From the IMG/VR virus record IMGVR_UViG_3300038828_000048, positions 58,260 through 122,259 of that record: a DNA stretch of 64,000 nt. One strand, written 5' to 3'. Positions within the stretch are counted from its first letter, which is position 1; each line of letters opens with the position of its first letter. This document shows, one piece after another, positions 21,801 through 32,300 of this stretch. This DNA comes from a virus (taxonomy: Duplodnaviria; Caudoviricetes). Position numbers and translations under genes: made by a program. A model generated the notes under the pieces. The model saw only the letters and a program-made list of their open reading frames with translations, was not told the origin of the DNA and made no database searches.

Positions 21801-23843
21801 ACATCTTGGGTATCAGATAAAGTAGGGAATAAATTTCCTATTTCTAATATGGTTGCTGGTAAAGAAGATAGATGTCATTGTGATAATCCAGAAGATGCTA
21901 TTCATTCTCTTATAGGAAAGTGGTTTTTGACAGAATTACCTACTGAAAATGATAAAGCTAATGCTAAAAATTGGGCAGGTACACACACCCCAGGAGATGC
22001 ACGATCTAAACAATGGAGTGAATCATTTGGAGTAGGTAGTGAATCGCAATATTATTATCCAGGAACATTAACACATCTTAATACCTTTACTGGAGAAAGC
22101 GAAGCAAATCCTTTTATGGTACAGCGTTCAGATAGTTTAGCTGAACAACGATACCCATATATAAAAACACAATATTTCTTAGAAGCAACTAAACATCCTT
22201 GCGAAGATTCTTATTTATCGCAGTTTAGTAGAAGAATAGAACAACCATCTGCTGGAGAAAGAATGATAAAAATTTTAATTGATAGTTTAATAAATTTAGG
22301 TTTATTAGGTGGTCAAATGATTGATATATTAAATCCAGAAAGTGCATTAGAATCTATAGGAGATATTACTACTTTCCCAATAACAGTAATTATTTATTTC
22401 TTATTATCAAAAGTATTATTTACTAATGATTTTATAGATGAATTTTTAGGATTACCTCAATGTAAAATGGATAGTGAAGGTGGTTTAGATTATAAAATCG
22501 AAGGATATCACAAGAATTTTAATAAATATTCATTTATATTCTCACAAAAAAGAAATCTCTATCAATATAGAGGTATGCAAGAATTTACTAATTGTGGATG
22601 TAATAAATCTAATATAGATATTGTTTATATTTCTGATAAACAAGTTGAAACAAGTTTTATTGATAGTTATAAATCAGTTAGACCAGGAAATTACTTTGTG
22701 TTAAATCAAGGTGATGGTAAGTTAATTGATATATTTACTGGTGTAAATGGTGGTTTATTTGCACATACAACAGATTCTATTTTATCTTTAATTGAACCAC
22801 AAACACGAACTAGTACTAATGGAATATTTGATATAATTACTGGTAATAAAAAAATATATCCTGTACGAATATTAGGATCATCTTATGAAGGACATGCTGG
22901 TATTTTAAATAGATCACACGCAATTGATTCTCGTTATGGTAGATTTTTTATTGATTATGAAGCTGATGAGTTATTTTTGTTTAATGGTCGTGGTGTAGAA
23001 CCTTTAAGTAAAGATAAAGGAGTAGCTACACTGTTTAAAAATTATACGAAATACTGTGAACCAAAAGCTTGTAGAGATGAATATACTGGACAACATTATA
23101 CATTAGGTATTGATCCTCGATTCCATAGATTATTAATCACTAAATCTGATGATAAAAAATCATGGACAATATCATATGATTTATTAGATAATTACTTTGT
23201 TTCATTTCACTCTTATATACCTAGAAAATATCTATTTACTAGAGAAGATATGTATGCGTTATACGATAATAAACTTTATTCTTTCAAAAAAACACAAGAT
23301 ATTGAATCAAAATATAATAATTATTTTGAAAAACAATATGGGTTTTATATAGATGTAAAAAGTGTTATAGGATTTCGTACTACTTATGCATCTCATATAA
23401 TTAGAACCAATATGGAGAAGAATGTAGATGGTAATTTATATAAAAATATATTTCAAAGTTTTGATAAAGTATCGTTCTGGGGATCTAATCAAACAGGTGG
23501 TGTTCATTTTTTAGATAATAAACTAGTAATTGATAGAGAAAATGATTTAAATTTGCAGGATAATTATGGTGTAATACCTATAGATTATATCGATGGTGAG
23601 TTTAGATTTAGTGAGTTTTACGATTATACAGATGTAGAAGGTAATCCTGTAATTAAAAAAGAGAAATGTTTACCATTTATAGAACCAATAAATTATGCGT
23701 GTGTAGGTAGAGATTCTCAAAATTGGAGTAAAAGAGTAATTGCTGATAGTATGTTTTATACAAGATTAGAAAGAACAGAGTTATCAAATGCAAAGTTATA
23801 TATTAAAACAATGATACTTCATCATAATCATAAAATGAGGTAA
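18822..23843 (+). CDS. Tail muzzle / stabilisation protein (P22 gp10-like, crAss-like)
   Basis: 1673 aa; N-terminal FNKGMHMD, LPAGTY..RL..TNW, C-terminal SWTISYD..VSFHSYIP. Confidence 0.75.
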   Translation: MDDKPIISIFNKGMHMDAQYSVQPEGTYPIGMNIINRDEYQSSFKSNEHGTIKLEEFPDVIGDVFMKDLNETTFITKDGSIKIFNYDQNKKIDVASFAEFGCPMEVKDCEYINVRYTKKGCDSYLHWSSNNIYYWVNLSELRDPKRKESLIKKLNGGDCKDCNTGCDYFKIFRPKNEPKSKLDSHQYGGSLPAGTYVTVPRLINEDKTYTNWGVPSRTVHVGSEHNIPGEESTGRLSITYDNLDCNYSKIEIVVIYYNGSTITARSNEYYYSKDSFTVEYHQLQGTDILIDEILIKSQVNLEGSDLFNYDGMMYYFGIKPRKEYNIQKIASKVTVKWIAEKYTLEDAKRYNIKTLPYGESIALGLVINHDDGSHSYVGHIPCGGAGSSSLSIDLGSSTSNNSLTGNTGSGGKSLDINSSSGSTGTGSGSGSGSTGSALGNISIQKQGEYKRTRTAIPDTPSDLSNNDELIDIEKQLIESYTTDVLDLVNVIRPACSCQGYTPPDPPIEGCCPPPPDELNQFCNVCNGHKDADLVLKDIQTAEKIGVKWLSILGDYIGRDGKTDLKLDFKPNTIKEVALDIIDAIKKRERVIIEKTIYKVTKNVSYGGGSNSSSINSLTGFAPTSNPQTPSYPNGIIVATGSTKCKVESREYPCIRDCYGNPIYEGLTGSKIRHHKLPDETELTFFESKSIGVPSIATPDADEYADHYGVYLGLIFENIIIDYDDYYKVTGKKVSKTKPFNIVQAELNYSNKTILTKGLMLSNYVSSNQGKEYDYQPHAVNSMERVNKYIDINDSRWDPGAGPSNTVCMYSLDQQVLQPSIAGATKLKILGRMTGNGFRHYLYTKGKKVDNATFGRRIDRAGCVSATNLSTFSAKSADYDVTFYKYIKGGLDSVEAPGPGATRPLMNKYGQDCLWIGLNSSYSVKDDSFVGDVLDHKAPLYAEGDYAVLYRDLPDQYGSLETINYIPILEADGDVTTAKGLVGDRFISPYSYIKTSWVSDKVGNKFPISNMVAGKEDRCHCDNPEDAIHSLIGKWFLTELPTENDKANAKNWAGTHTPGDARSKQWSESFGVGSESQYYYPGTLTHLNTFTGESEANPFMVQRSDSLAEQRYPYIKTQYFLEATKHPCEDSYLSQFSRRIEQPSAGERMIKILIDSLINLGLLGGQMIDILNPESALESIGDITTFPITVIIYFLLSKVLFTNDFIDEFLGLPQCKMDSEGGLDYKIEGYHKNFNKYSFIFSQKRNLYQYRGMQEFTNCGCNKSNIDIVYISDKQVETSFIDSYKSVRPGNYFVLNQGDGKLIDIFTGVNGGLFAHTTDSILSLIEPQTRTSTNGIFDIITGNKKIYPVRILGSSYEGHAGILNRSHAIDSRYGRFFIDYEADELFLFNGRGVEPLSKDKGVATLFKNYTKYCEPKACRDEYTGQHYTLGIDPRFHRLLITKSDDKKSWTISYDLLDNYFVSFHSYIPRKYLFTREDMYALYDNKLYSFKKTQDIESKYNNYFEKQYGFYIDVKSVIGFRTTYASHIIRTNMEKNVDGNLYKNIFQSFDKVSFWGSNQTGGVHFLDNKLVIDRENDLNLQDNYGVIPIDYIDGEFRFSEFYDYTDVEGNPVIKKEKCLPFIEPINYACVGRDSQNWSKRVIADSMFYTRLERTELSNAKLYIKTMILHHNHKMR

Positions 23844-23860
23844 TAAAACAATAATCTGAT

Positions 23861-26119
23861 ATGAATCCTATAAGAAAAAAAATAAAACATTTAATTCCAT
23901 CTTATCAATTTGGAGGAGATACTAATTTTTTCGATTATTTTAAATCTATTGTACCAAAAATAAAAAGTTATCAAGGTCAAACTAATGGTGAATCTAATTT
24001 ATACTCGGATGATTCTCAAAAATACTATGCTAATTTGTTACGTGTAAATAATTTAGCAGTTAATAATTTACTTGATATACCTAATAGTACCGCAAAATAT
24101 ACAGATAGAGGTACTCAGCGAGAACAAGTAAACGGAGTATCACAAAATATATTGGATGATCCTAATTCTACATCTATACGAGATATTTTAGATGCAAATT
24201 ATGGAGAACTAAATACTGTTTATGGAAATGGTCGTAATGATCCATCCAAACCAGGAGAATATTATGAGAAATATCAACCTAAAAAGAATGCAGCTCTAAC
24301 TGGATTTTATTCTGATTTAGATAAGCAAAGAACAAATCAGATGTTAGAAACAGGTGCTAACATTTTTTCTTTAATGAAAGGTCAGGAAACTTATGACAAT
24401 AAACCAAAAGAATCTTTTGATACAACAAATACAGGATCTTTCGGTTATAGGTTTCAATTTGGTGGGAATAATAATAATTCATCTTATGATCAAATTCTCA
24501 AAAACATAGAATTGGATGCTGCAATTAAAAGTTTACCCGTAACAAAACTTGTATCTGCAAACGATCGAAATAAAAAAATATATGATAAAGCTGGGGATCA
24601 ATTGATATCAGATATAAATTATGTATTTAAAGATAAAAAAGCTCGTGCTAAAGCAGACCCTATGCTACAATATTTAGCTGAATCTGGAGTAGCTAAAAAG
24701 TTAGAGAAATTAGATAATAAGGATGTTTCTTATGTTAAAGATACGGTTAATAAAACTGGATTTTTTAGTTTAGGAAATATTGGTGAATATAAAGATCTTT
24801 ATAAATATATAAAATCAGAAACGGGTTTGACATCTGAAGATGCTAAAGGTATTTTGGATAAAGCTATTGAAAAAGAATCATGGGTAAAAAGAGCTGCTAT
24901 AAAGACAGCTATAAAACCATTTTTACAATATGGAGGTAAATTAGATCAACAATCAAATACAGTATTTAATTCTTTAAAATCTAAAGGTTATTTAGAAAAT
25001 TTTGATACAAATAGTTTTAATCGTTTATCTAAAGAAGAACAAGATATTCTTTTCAAAAAAGCAGCTTTAGATTTTAATAGTAAACAAAAAATACCCCAAG
25101 GAGAAATAATTCAAGAAATTAGAACTCCTTTAATTGCACAAATAGATAGTTCTAATATGAGCGCTGATCAAGGTAATTTTGAACAACAGTTTGCTAAAGC
25201 AAGAAAAGAAGGATTGGTTGAATTTGAATATAATGGTAAAAAAATAGCTGTTAAACTTAATCCTAATAGTAAAAAATCAATAGTTTTATCGGAAAAACCT
25301 AATTATAAAGTTGATAATTCATCTATAATTGGATATGCTAAAGATATATTAGCTAATAAACAATATGGTGGTAGCTTTGTAAACAAAACAGGATATACCC
25401 CTGGTACTGAATCATATAATAATCCATTTAATATAATTCCTGGAAATGATATAACCATGTCACAAACTCCTTTTCCTGTATTAGCTAAACCTAATGTTGG
25501 AAAACCTGTTGTAATGATTCCAGGTAGAGATTATAAATTTCCTGGTGCTAGTTCTGTAACAGAAATACCATATAAACAATTTGGTGGTATTAGTGCAAAC
25601 AATATCGAACAAGTATATAAAGTAGCTAATCAAATGAATCAAATTGCTAGCAACCCTAATACAAATGGTTTAAATGATTTTGTTGAAAGATTAAATGGTA
25701 TAGCTGCAAATAATAATGTTAAACCTATACCAAATAGATATAATCAAGATGAGCTTGCTGAAATGATTTATACAAGTATTGATAGTAATGCAAATATGAA
25801 TCCTAATGATGTACAGTATCGACGTGATAAAATGGGTGCTGAGTTAAATTTACAAGTTAAACCCATAACAGGATTTAAATTAGCAAAAGGTGGTACACAG
25901 AAAGTTGCAGAATATCAACAAATGCTTAAAGATAGCGGATTTAATATAACGGTTGATGGTGCATGGGGAAAAAATACTCAAGCAGCTTATGAAATATTTA
26001 CTGGTAAAAAAGCACCTAGTAAAACAGCAATAAAAGAAGGTAAAGCAAAAGTTGCAAGTAATATATCAAAATCAAATAATTTACTAGCACCAATTCCTTT
26101 TAAACAAATGATATTTTAA
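23861..26119 (+). CDS. Putative ejected/cargo polyprotein with C-terminal peptidoglycan-binding domain
   Basis: Six xxGG motifs delimit modules; YQQML...VDGAWGKNTQAA is PG_binding_1-like. Confidence 0.55.
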   Translation: MNPIRKKIKHLIPSYQFGGDTNFFDYFKSIVPKIKSYQGQTNGESNLYSDDSQKYYANLLRVNNLAVNNLLDIPNSTAKYTDRGTQREQVNGVSQNILDDPNSTSIRDILDANYGELNTVYGNGRNDPSKPGEYYEKYQPKKNAALTGFYSDLDKQRTNQMLETGANIFSLMKGQETYDNKPKESFDTTNTGSFGYRFQFGGNNNNSSYDQILKNIELDAAIKSLPVTKLVSANDRNKKIYDKAGDQLISDINYVFKDKKARAKADPMLQYLAESGVAKKLEKLDNKDVSYVKDTVNKTGFFSLGNIGEYKDLYKYIKSETGLTSEDAKGILDKAIEKESWVKRAAIKTAIKPFLQYGGKLDQQSNTVFNSLKSKGYLENFDTNSFNRLSKEEQDILFKKAALDFNSKQKIPQGEIIQEIRTPLIAQIDSSNMSADQGNFEQQFAKARKEGLVEFEYNGKKIAVKLNPNSKKSIVLSEKPNYKVDNSSIIGYAKDILANKQYGGSFVNKTGYTPGTESYNNPFNIIPGNDITMSQTPFPVLAKPNVGKPVVMIPGRDYKFPGASSVTEIPYKQFGGISANNIEQVYKVANQMNQIASNPNTNGLNDFVERLNGIAANNNVKPIPNRYNQDELAEMIYTSIDSNANMNPNDVQYRRDKMGAELNLQVKPITGFKLAKGGTQKVAEYQQMLKDSGFNITVDGAWGKNTQAAYEIFTGKKAPSKTAIKEGKAKVASNISKSNNLLAPIPFKQMIF

Positions 26120-26128
26120 TAATAAGAT

Positions 26129-27841
26129 ATGATAGCGAATATAAATAAATTTCCTCTTAAACCATTACAAGCAGAGATAAATGAATGGATATTTACTCCT
26201 GATGGATCATTGGTGAAATCCAATGCAAAGAAGAAACATTCTCAGATGGATGGTGATATAAAAACTGATATAGCACCAACAGAATCTTATGTTTTTTCTA
26301 ATGATCCTACAATGACTATTTCTAAAGAGGATGCAAAAAATATAATATATGGTTCTGAATATTTTAATTATGTAGAAGGTAAAAATGGAAAATTACCTAA
26401 AGATTTAAGTTTCGATAAATTCGTATCTGGTAATAAAAGCACAGTAGCAGAAATAGCAAAAAATATCGCAAAAACATATAAAGTTCTTGATGATGAAATT
26501 CATATTGACAATCCATTTGTACGACGTGCTAATGAATTTAACAAGGAAACTCGTCAGAAACCTATACAAATTGCTATTCAAATTAATGAGCATTTACGTC
26601 CAAAAACAGAAGAAGAATTGTATCAACAAGCATCAGGACAAGTAGCACAACCACAACAAGAATCAATGCAACAATCCGAATCACAAACTCCGCAATATAA
26701 ATACGGTGGATATCATAGAGCATTAGAACAATATCAAAGTGGTGGTGAAATCCTTAGTGGTTTAGGTTCTGGTGCAGCAGCAGGTACAGCTATCGCACCT
26801 GGTATTGGAACAGTTATAGGTGGAGTAATAGGAGGTATCGGTTCTCTAATAACAGGTTCTAGTAGTAGAAAGAAAGCTAAACAAGCAGAAGCAGAGCGAT
26901 TAGCAATGATTGCAAAGCTTAAAGAGAACAATGAAAAAAGTTACATGGGGTTAAATGCAGCTACATTTGCAAAAGCAGCAACTCCATTACCCAAATATGA
27001 TTATCTTAATTTAGATGAGAATATAGATTTAGTTAATAATAGTTATGATAGTATTATTAACAGAAAAGATTCAGATTATCAAAGTGCATTGAATTTAGGT
27101 AATGCTGCACAAACATCAGCATTAAGAGCATTAACAGCAGCAGGAGCATCTCCAGATGAAATTAATGCACAATTAGCTGGATTAAGAGCAAGTGGTATTA
27201 GTACATTAAATCAAATGTCCAAAGGAATAAATGATAAATTTGATAACCTTACACTTGCTAAAGCAAGAGAATTAGGAGATATTAAACGTACTATTGCAGG
27301 AGATACTCAACAGGGTAGAAATATTACTGCAAATAATAGATATAATAGAAATCAAAATGTAATTGGAGAATTTGGTAATAATTATCAAACTAGTTTAAAT
27401 GATGATGAGAATTTAATTATTCAAGATTATAGCACTAAAGAAGCTCTTAGGAGAGGTTCAGCAGCAGAATCAGCACAAGCACAAGGAGCATTTCAAAATG
27501 GATTGTTATCTGTAGGATCTGCTGGAGCAGGATATAAAAGTGCATTACAAGATACTGAGTTATTTAATCTTAATAAACAGTATATGAATAATTTGATTTC
27601 TGGTAGAACAGTACAACCAGCTACTATTACACCTACTAGTACTTTACCAAATACTATAAAACAACCATCAATAGCATTGCCTACTTCATATGGATCTTAT
27701 ATTAATCTATTTACACAAACTCCTGGTGAAAGTGTGAATAGAGGTACACAAGAATATTATAATGGATTACCAGTATATGTTGATTCAAGAACAAATAGAA
27801 AATACGTTTTGAGTTCAACAGGAGAAATCCTTTTCATTTAA
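26129..27841 (+). CDS. Putative ejection (pilot/channel) protein with glycine-zipper TM
   Basis: GAAAGTAIAPGIGTVIGGVIGGIG glycine zipper after YKYGG/YQSGG motifs; Ala/Gln-rich helices. Confidence 0.6.
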   Translation: MIANINKFPLKPLQAEINEWIFTPDGSLVKSNAKKKHSQMDGDIKTDIAPTESYVFSNDPTMTISKEDAKNIIYGSEYFNYVEGKNGKLPKDLSFDKFVSGNKSTVAEIAKNIAKTYKVLDDEIHIDNPFVRRANEFNKETRQKPIQIAIQINEHLRPKTEEELYQQASGQVAQPQQESMQQSESQTPQYKYGGYHRALEQYQSGGEILSGLGSGAAAGTAIAPGIGTVIGGVIGGIGSLITGSSSRKKAKQAEAERLAMIAKLKENNEKSYMGLNAATFAKAATPLPKYDYLNLDENIDLVNNSYDSIINRKDSDYQSALNLGNAAQTSALRALTAAGASPDEINAQLAGLRASGISTLNQMSKGINDKFDNLTLAKARELGDIKRTIAGDTQQGRNITANNRYNRNQNVIGEFGNNYQTSLNDDENLIIQDYSTKEALRRGSAAESAQAQGAFQNGLLSVGSAGAGYKSALQDTELFNLNKQYMNNLISGRTVQPATITPTSTLPNTIKQPSIALPTSYGSYINLFTQTPGESVNRGTQEYYNGLPVYVDSRTNRKYVLSSTGEILFI

Positions 27842-27851
27842 AAATAATCTC

Positions 27852-29264
27852 ATGATATTAACTAAAAAAATACCATCGTATTTAATACCTAGATTCCAAC
27901 AAGGTGGTTTGGTGTTTAGAGATAATTTATATACCCAACCAAATGATTTAGGTCGAGTATCTAATATATTAATTACTCCAAGATCTCAAGGATATGAAGA
28001 AACAAATAATACTCTACATAATATTCAACAAGAAAGACAGCTTCGTAGTGCAGAAATGCAAAATAAAAATGAAGTTGTAAATTCTATTATTAGGAATAAA
28101 ATTCAAACTGATGAAGCAGAAATGAAAAAGAAACAGTATGAAGATGCAAATCTTCGTTATATACTAAAAGAACGAGCTGATTATGTAGATAAGTTAACAG
28201 GGGATGATTTAGATCCTATATTTAATCCTAAAATAAAAGTATTACAAGAAAAACATGGTATAGCTAAAGATCGTCCATTAACAATGGATGGATTAGCTGA
28301 ACAACAAAAAGCAATTTTTGCATACTATAGTGATCCAGAGTATAAAAATATCAAAGAATACTCTACACTAATAAAACATGTAAGTACAGAAGCAGAAAAA
28401 GTAAATGCAACACTTAATAATTATAAACTAAAAGATCCAAAAGGGTTTATGGATTATAATCTTAATGATTATGGTAATAAACTAAGAACATTAAGACAAA
28501 ATCTTATTCAAATAGGTGATGGAGATTTTACAAAAGATGGAGTATTGGATCAGAATGATATGAATATATTAAAGAATAGTTATTCTGAACTTACAAACAT
28601 GAATATCGAATTAACCCCACAAGCACAAAAAAGAATTAATTATGAAAGAGATGTAGAGATGCAAAAACAAGAAGCAACTTTACAAATACAACAATTAAAG
28701 AATAGAAAAACTACAATAGATGTAAAATTAGCAGAAGAACAAATGAAAGCTCTTGAAGATTTTACAAAAGTAATATCAGATCCAAACTCTACTGATGATG
28801 ACAAAATAAGAGCTAAAGATATTTTAGCAGCAGCTAATAAGAAAATTAAAGATATTAGTGGTTTTGATCAATCATCTGGAGAAGCTCCTAAAAATGAATC
28901 AGAATTGTTATATAGAGCTGGACAAGGAGATCCAGCAGCTATAAAAGCGTTACAATGGAAACAAGCGGCAGAAGTACAATTAAAATCTACTCCTACATAT
29001 AGTAATAGTAGAAGTAGTAGTAATAATGATTTTAATTATAATGCTGATGGTTCTGGTAAATCACATAAAAGCAATAAATCAGGTGATAAAATATACAACG
29101 GATATGCGTTAGATAAAGATGGGAGATTTAAATATGGTAAGTATGGTCCAAATGGATGGTTGATACCACCTACTCAAAGTGCTAAATCTAGAGGAGGAAA
29201 AACATATAACAATGTTGTGGATGAAAAAACAAATCTAGTGATGAACGCTCTTGACGGGATATAA
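27852..29264 (+). CDS. Putative ejection protein (helical)
   Basis: N-terminal LIPRFQQGG, coiled-coil rich, precedes vRNAP. Confidence 0.55.
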   Translation: MILTKKIPSYLIPRFQQGGLVFRDNLYTQPNDLGRVSNILITPRSQGYEETNNTLHNIQQERQLRSAEMQNKNEVVNSIIRNKIQTDEAEMKKKQYEDANLRYILKERADYVDKLTGDDLDPIFNPKIKVLQEKHGIAKDRPLTMDGLAEQQKAIFAYYSDPEYKNIKEYSTLIKHVSTEAEKVNATLNNYKLKDPKGFMDYNLNDYGNKLRTLRQNLIQIGDGDFTKDGVLDQNDMNILKNSYSELTNMNIELTPQAQKRINYERDVEMQKQEATLQIQQLKNRKTTIDVKLAEEQMKALEDFTKVISDPNSTDDDKIRAKDILAAANKKIKDISGFDQSSGEAPKNESELLYRAGQGDPAAIKALQWKQAAEVQLKSTPTYSNSRSSSNNDFNYNADGSGKSHKSNKSGDKIYNGYALDKDGRFKYGKYGPNGWLIPPTQSAKSRGGKTYNNVVDEKTNLVMNALDGI

Positions 29265-29296
29265 TAAAATAATTTTAAAGAATATTTTATAACTAT

Positions 29297-29330
29297 AAGA
29301 TATTGATATTGTTTAATATCAATATCTTTG
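29297..29330 (+). promoter_or_regulatory. Perfect 14-bp hairpin overlapping a TAnnTTTG element
   Basis: AAGATATTGATATT-GTTT-AATATCAATATCTT; TATCTTTG at 29323-29330. Confidence 0.5.
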
Positions 29331-29354
29331 TGTTTATATTAAAAATTGTTTATT

Positions 29355-32300
29355 ATGGCTGATACTCAGAATCCAACAGATACTTCATTCAATGATCCAT
29401 CAAACAACCCAGAAGGAGTAATCCCAAAACTCTATTCTTTAGATAAAGATTTATATACAAGTAAAGGTGTTAGTTTAGATGATTTTACTTTAGCAATGAG
29501 CAATCCTGCTGTTCAAAACAAAGTATTTAATAAACATATCGATAAATTTGCTGCAAAAAAAGTTACATTTAGAGATTTTCAATCATCACTTAATATTGAA
29601 CCATCTAGAGAAAAAGGATCTCTTAAAGATTATATCTATCAATTAGAGCATGATCCTAAAAAAGGATATTATTCGTTTAATCCTGATAGTAAATCAGGAG
29701 CAGTTGGTGGATATCAAATTATTTATGATAATAATGTCGAAGAAAAAAATAAGCAAAAATATGGTGTAAATAGAGATCAATTTTTATCAAATCCATTTGT
29801 TCAAGAAGAATACATGAGTGATAGAATAAATGATGAATATATACCAAACTTAGATGCATTAAAAGAAATAAATAAAGCAAAAGGAAATAAATATAATGAT
29901 TATGAATTAGCATATCTTATACACCATGAAGGTCTTGCTGGTGCAAAACATTTTCTTAAAAATGGTAAATCTCTACATGGTAGTGAAAAAGCATTAGAAA
30001 GTCAATTTGCAAAAGGTAGAACTTATTTAGAACAAGTACAAGCTCTTAGTGAAAATAAGATTGATAGTAATCCTAATCAAGATGAAGATAGTAAATTAGC
30101 TGAATATTATAAAGCTAATCCGAATACAGGTTCTAAAAGTTGGTTTAGTAACGCTATTCTTAGCACAGATTTATTTTTAGGAGATGTTAAGAAAACAAAA
30201 ACTTTAGAAGATGGTACTGAAGTATATCTTAGGGATGGTGGTGAGAAAGTATATAAACTTCCAGATGGTAGAGTAGTTCGATCATTAACTGATAAAAATA
30301 ATGCTGCATTAAAAGCAGGAAAAAATATAGTAACCGATACTATGATTGGTGGAGTAATCGGTACAGCAGGTATGTTGTTTGGTGCAGCACGAGATATAGG
30401 TGAGAAATTAGCATATCATACAACAGATGGTAAAGCTGGTGATAATAATTGGGATAGTGTATATAATAACGATCTTTCTGCATTTGCTAAAGATATGAAG
30501 CAAAGCTTGAAAATAAATAAACCCGATTTTACACCAGAAAGATTGCAAAAAATTGATATAAAAGAAGGGGATGATGCGATAACTAAATTAAGTAAATACG
30601 TTAGTTATATTGCAGAGGAATCAGGAAACCCAGATTTTTGGTATAATGAAGGAGCACAAGGTATTTCTTCTATGTTAGAAATGAGGTTACCATCTATGTT
30701 TGTTGGAAAACTTGGTGGTAAAGCTGTTAAAGCTATAATGAAAAATGCAAACAATGTTGAAGATTTAACAAAACTACAAAAGATTGCAATAAAAGGAACC
30801 GAATACGTAACTTATTCAGCATTTAATGGAGCATTGGAATCCGCTATAGAAGCAGAAAGTATATATAAAACAGTTAAATCTGATCTATATGCTAAAAATA
30901 GTTTTCTCCCTGATGATAAACAATTATCTGATGATGAAATAAATAGAAAAGCATCTAAAAGAGCATCTAGTGGTTTTGTAGATAACTTTGCATTAATTAG
31001 TGGTTCTAATTTACTTGAAGCTGATAATTTAATGGGTAATCTTGGAGGAAGATCTTTTATGGGTAAAGCTGCTAAATTATTGCTTAAAGCTGGATTACAA
31101 GCTGGTGTTGAAGCTTTTCAAGAAGTTGGTCAATTTGGTATAGAAAAATATGAAACTTCAAAATTAGATAAAAAAGATACTAAACACGAAGGAAATCTAT
31201 TTCAAAGATTATATTCTGGTGCTGCTGAAACCATTTCTGGTGTTGCAGGAACTATTAAAGATGAATATGATAAAGGAAGTCCTGAGCTAGCAAAATCAGC
31301 GTTTTTAGGTGGTTTATTAGGTGGTGGTATGACAAGTGTTACCCAGCTTACCAAAGAAGTAATAAATTATCCTATATCTAAAACTATTAATGAAACTGCT
31401 CCTGAATCTATATTAGATTTTTATCAAAAAGATGAAAATGGAAATATAAAATATAATGATAAAAATGAACCTGTTATAGATAAATCTGCATTATCAACAT
31501 ATCTATCTAAGGTAGATAATGATTATCAAAATATCGCTGCTAAAAATTTAGCAAATGAAATAGATGACAAGTTGGCAGCAGATGTTATAACAGCAGGATC
31601 GTTTGCTAGTTTTATACAAAAACATAAAGCAAAAGATAGATCATCGGATCGGTTAAGAGAAGTATTTGATTCATACGCTTTAACAGATGAACAATACAAT
31701 CTACTTGGTATTAGTAAAAGAAAAGATAAAAAGGAATATGTTGATGAGCGTAATTCTATGTTTGAAATAGGATTAAGAGCATATGACGAAATAAGTTCTA
31801 TCAAACAAAAATTAACTCCTGATTCATTCAACAAAGCATTTGAACATTTTTATAAACAAAAGTTTGTATTTAGTAAGATTCAAAGTAATCAAGCAAAAAT
31901 TGATAACTATGATGCACAAACACAATTGACTGATGTTGAAAGCGCAAATAGAGATAATTTAGTAAAAGAACAAGAACGATTAAATGGATTATTTACATTC
32001 TATGGTTCTTTAGTTAATTCAAGTATTGGTAAACAAACTAAAACAAAAGATAATAAAGATAATATTGGGGAAGATACATCTATTCCTAAAGATAAAGAAG
32101 ATTTTGTGGAAGATAGTCCAAAAGATACTTCAAAAGATACTAAAAAAACAGAAGATCTTCCTTCTACACAACAAGAAAAAGAAGATCAAAAAGATGATTT
32201 ATCTAAAGTAGAGATACCAGTACAAGATCCTATAGTAGATTCATCAAAAGTTGATTTTAAAACTGAACCTAAACCTTTGGTTACTGATGAAGAAGGAAAT

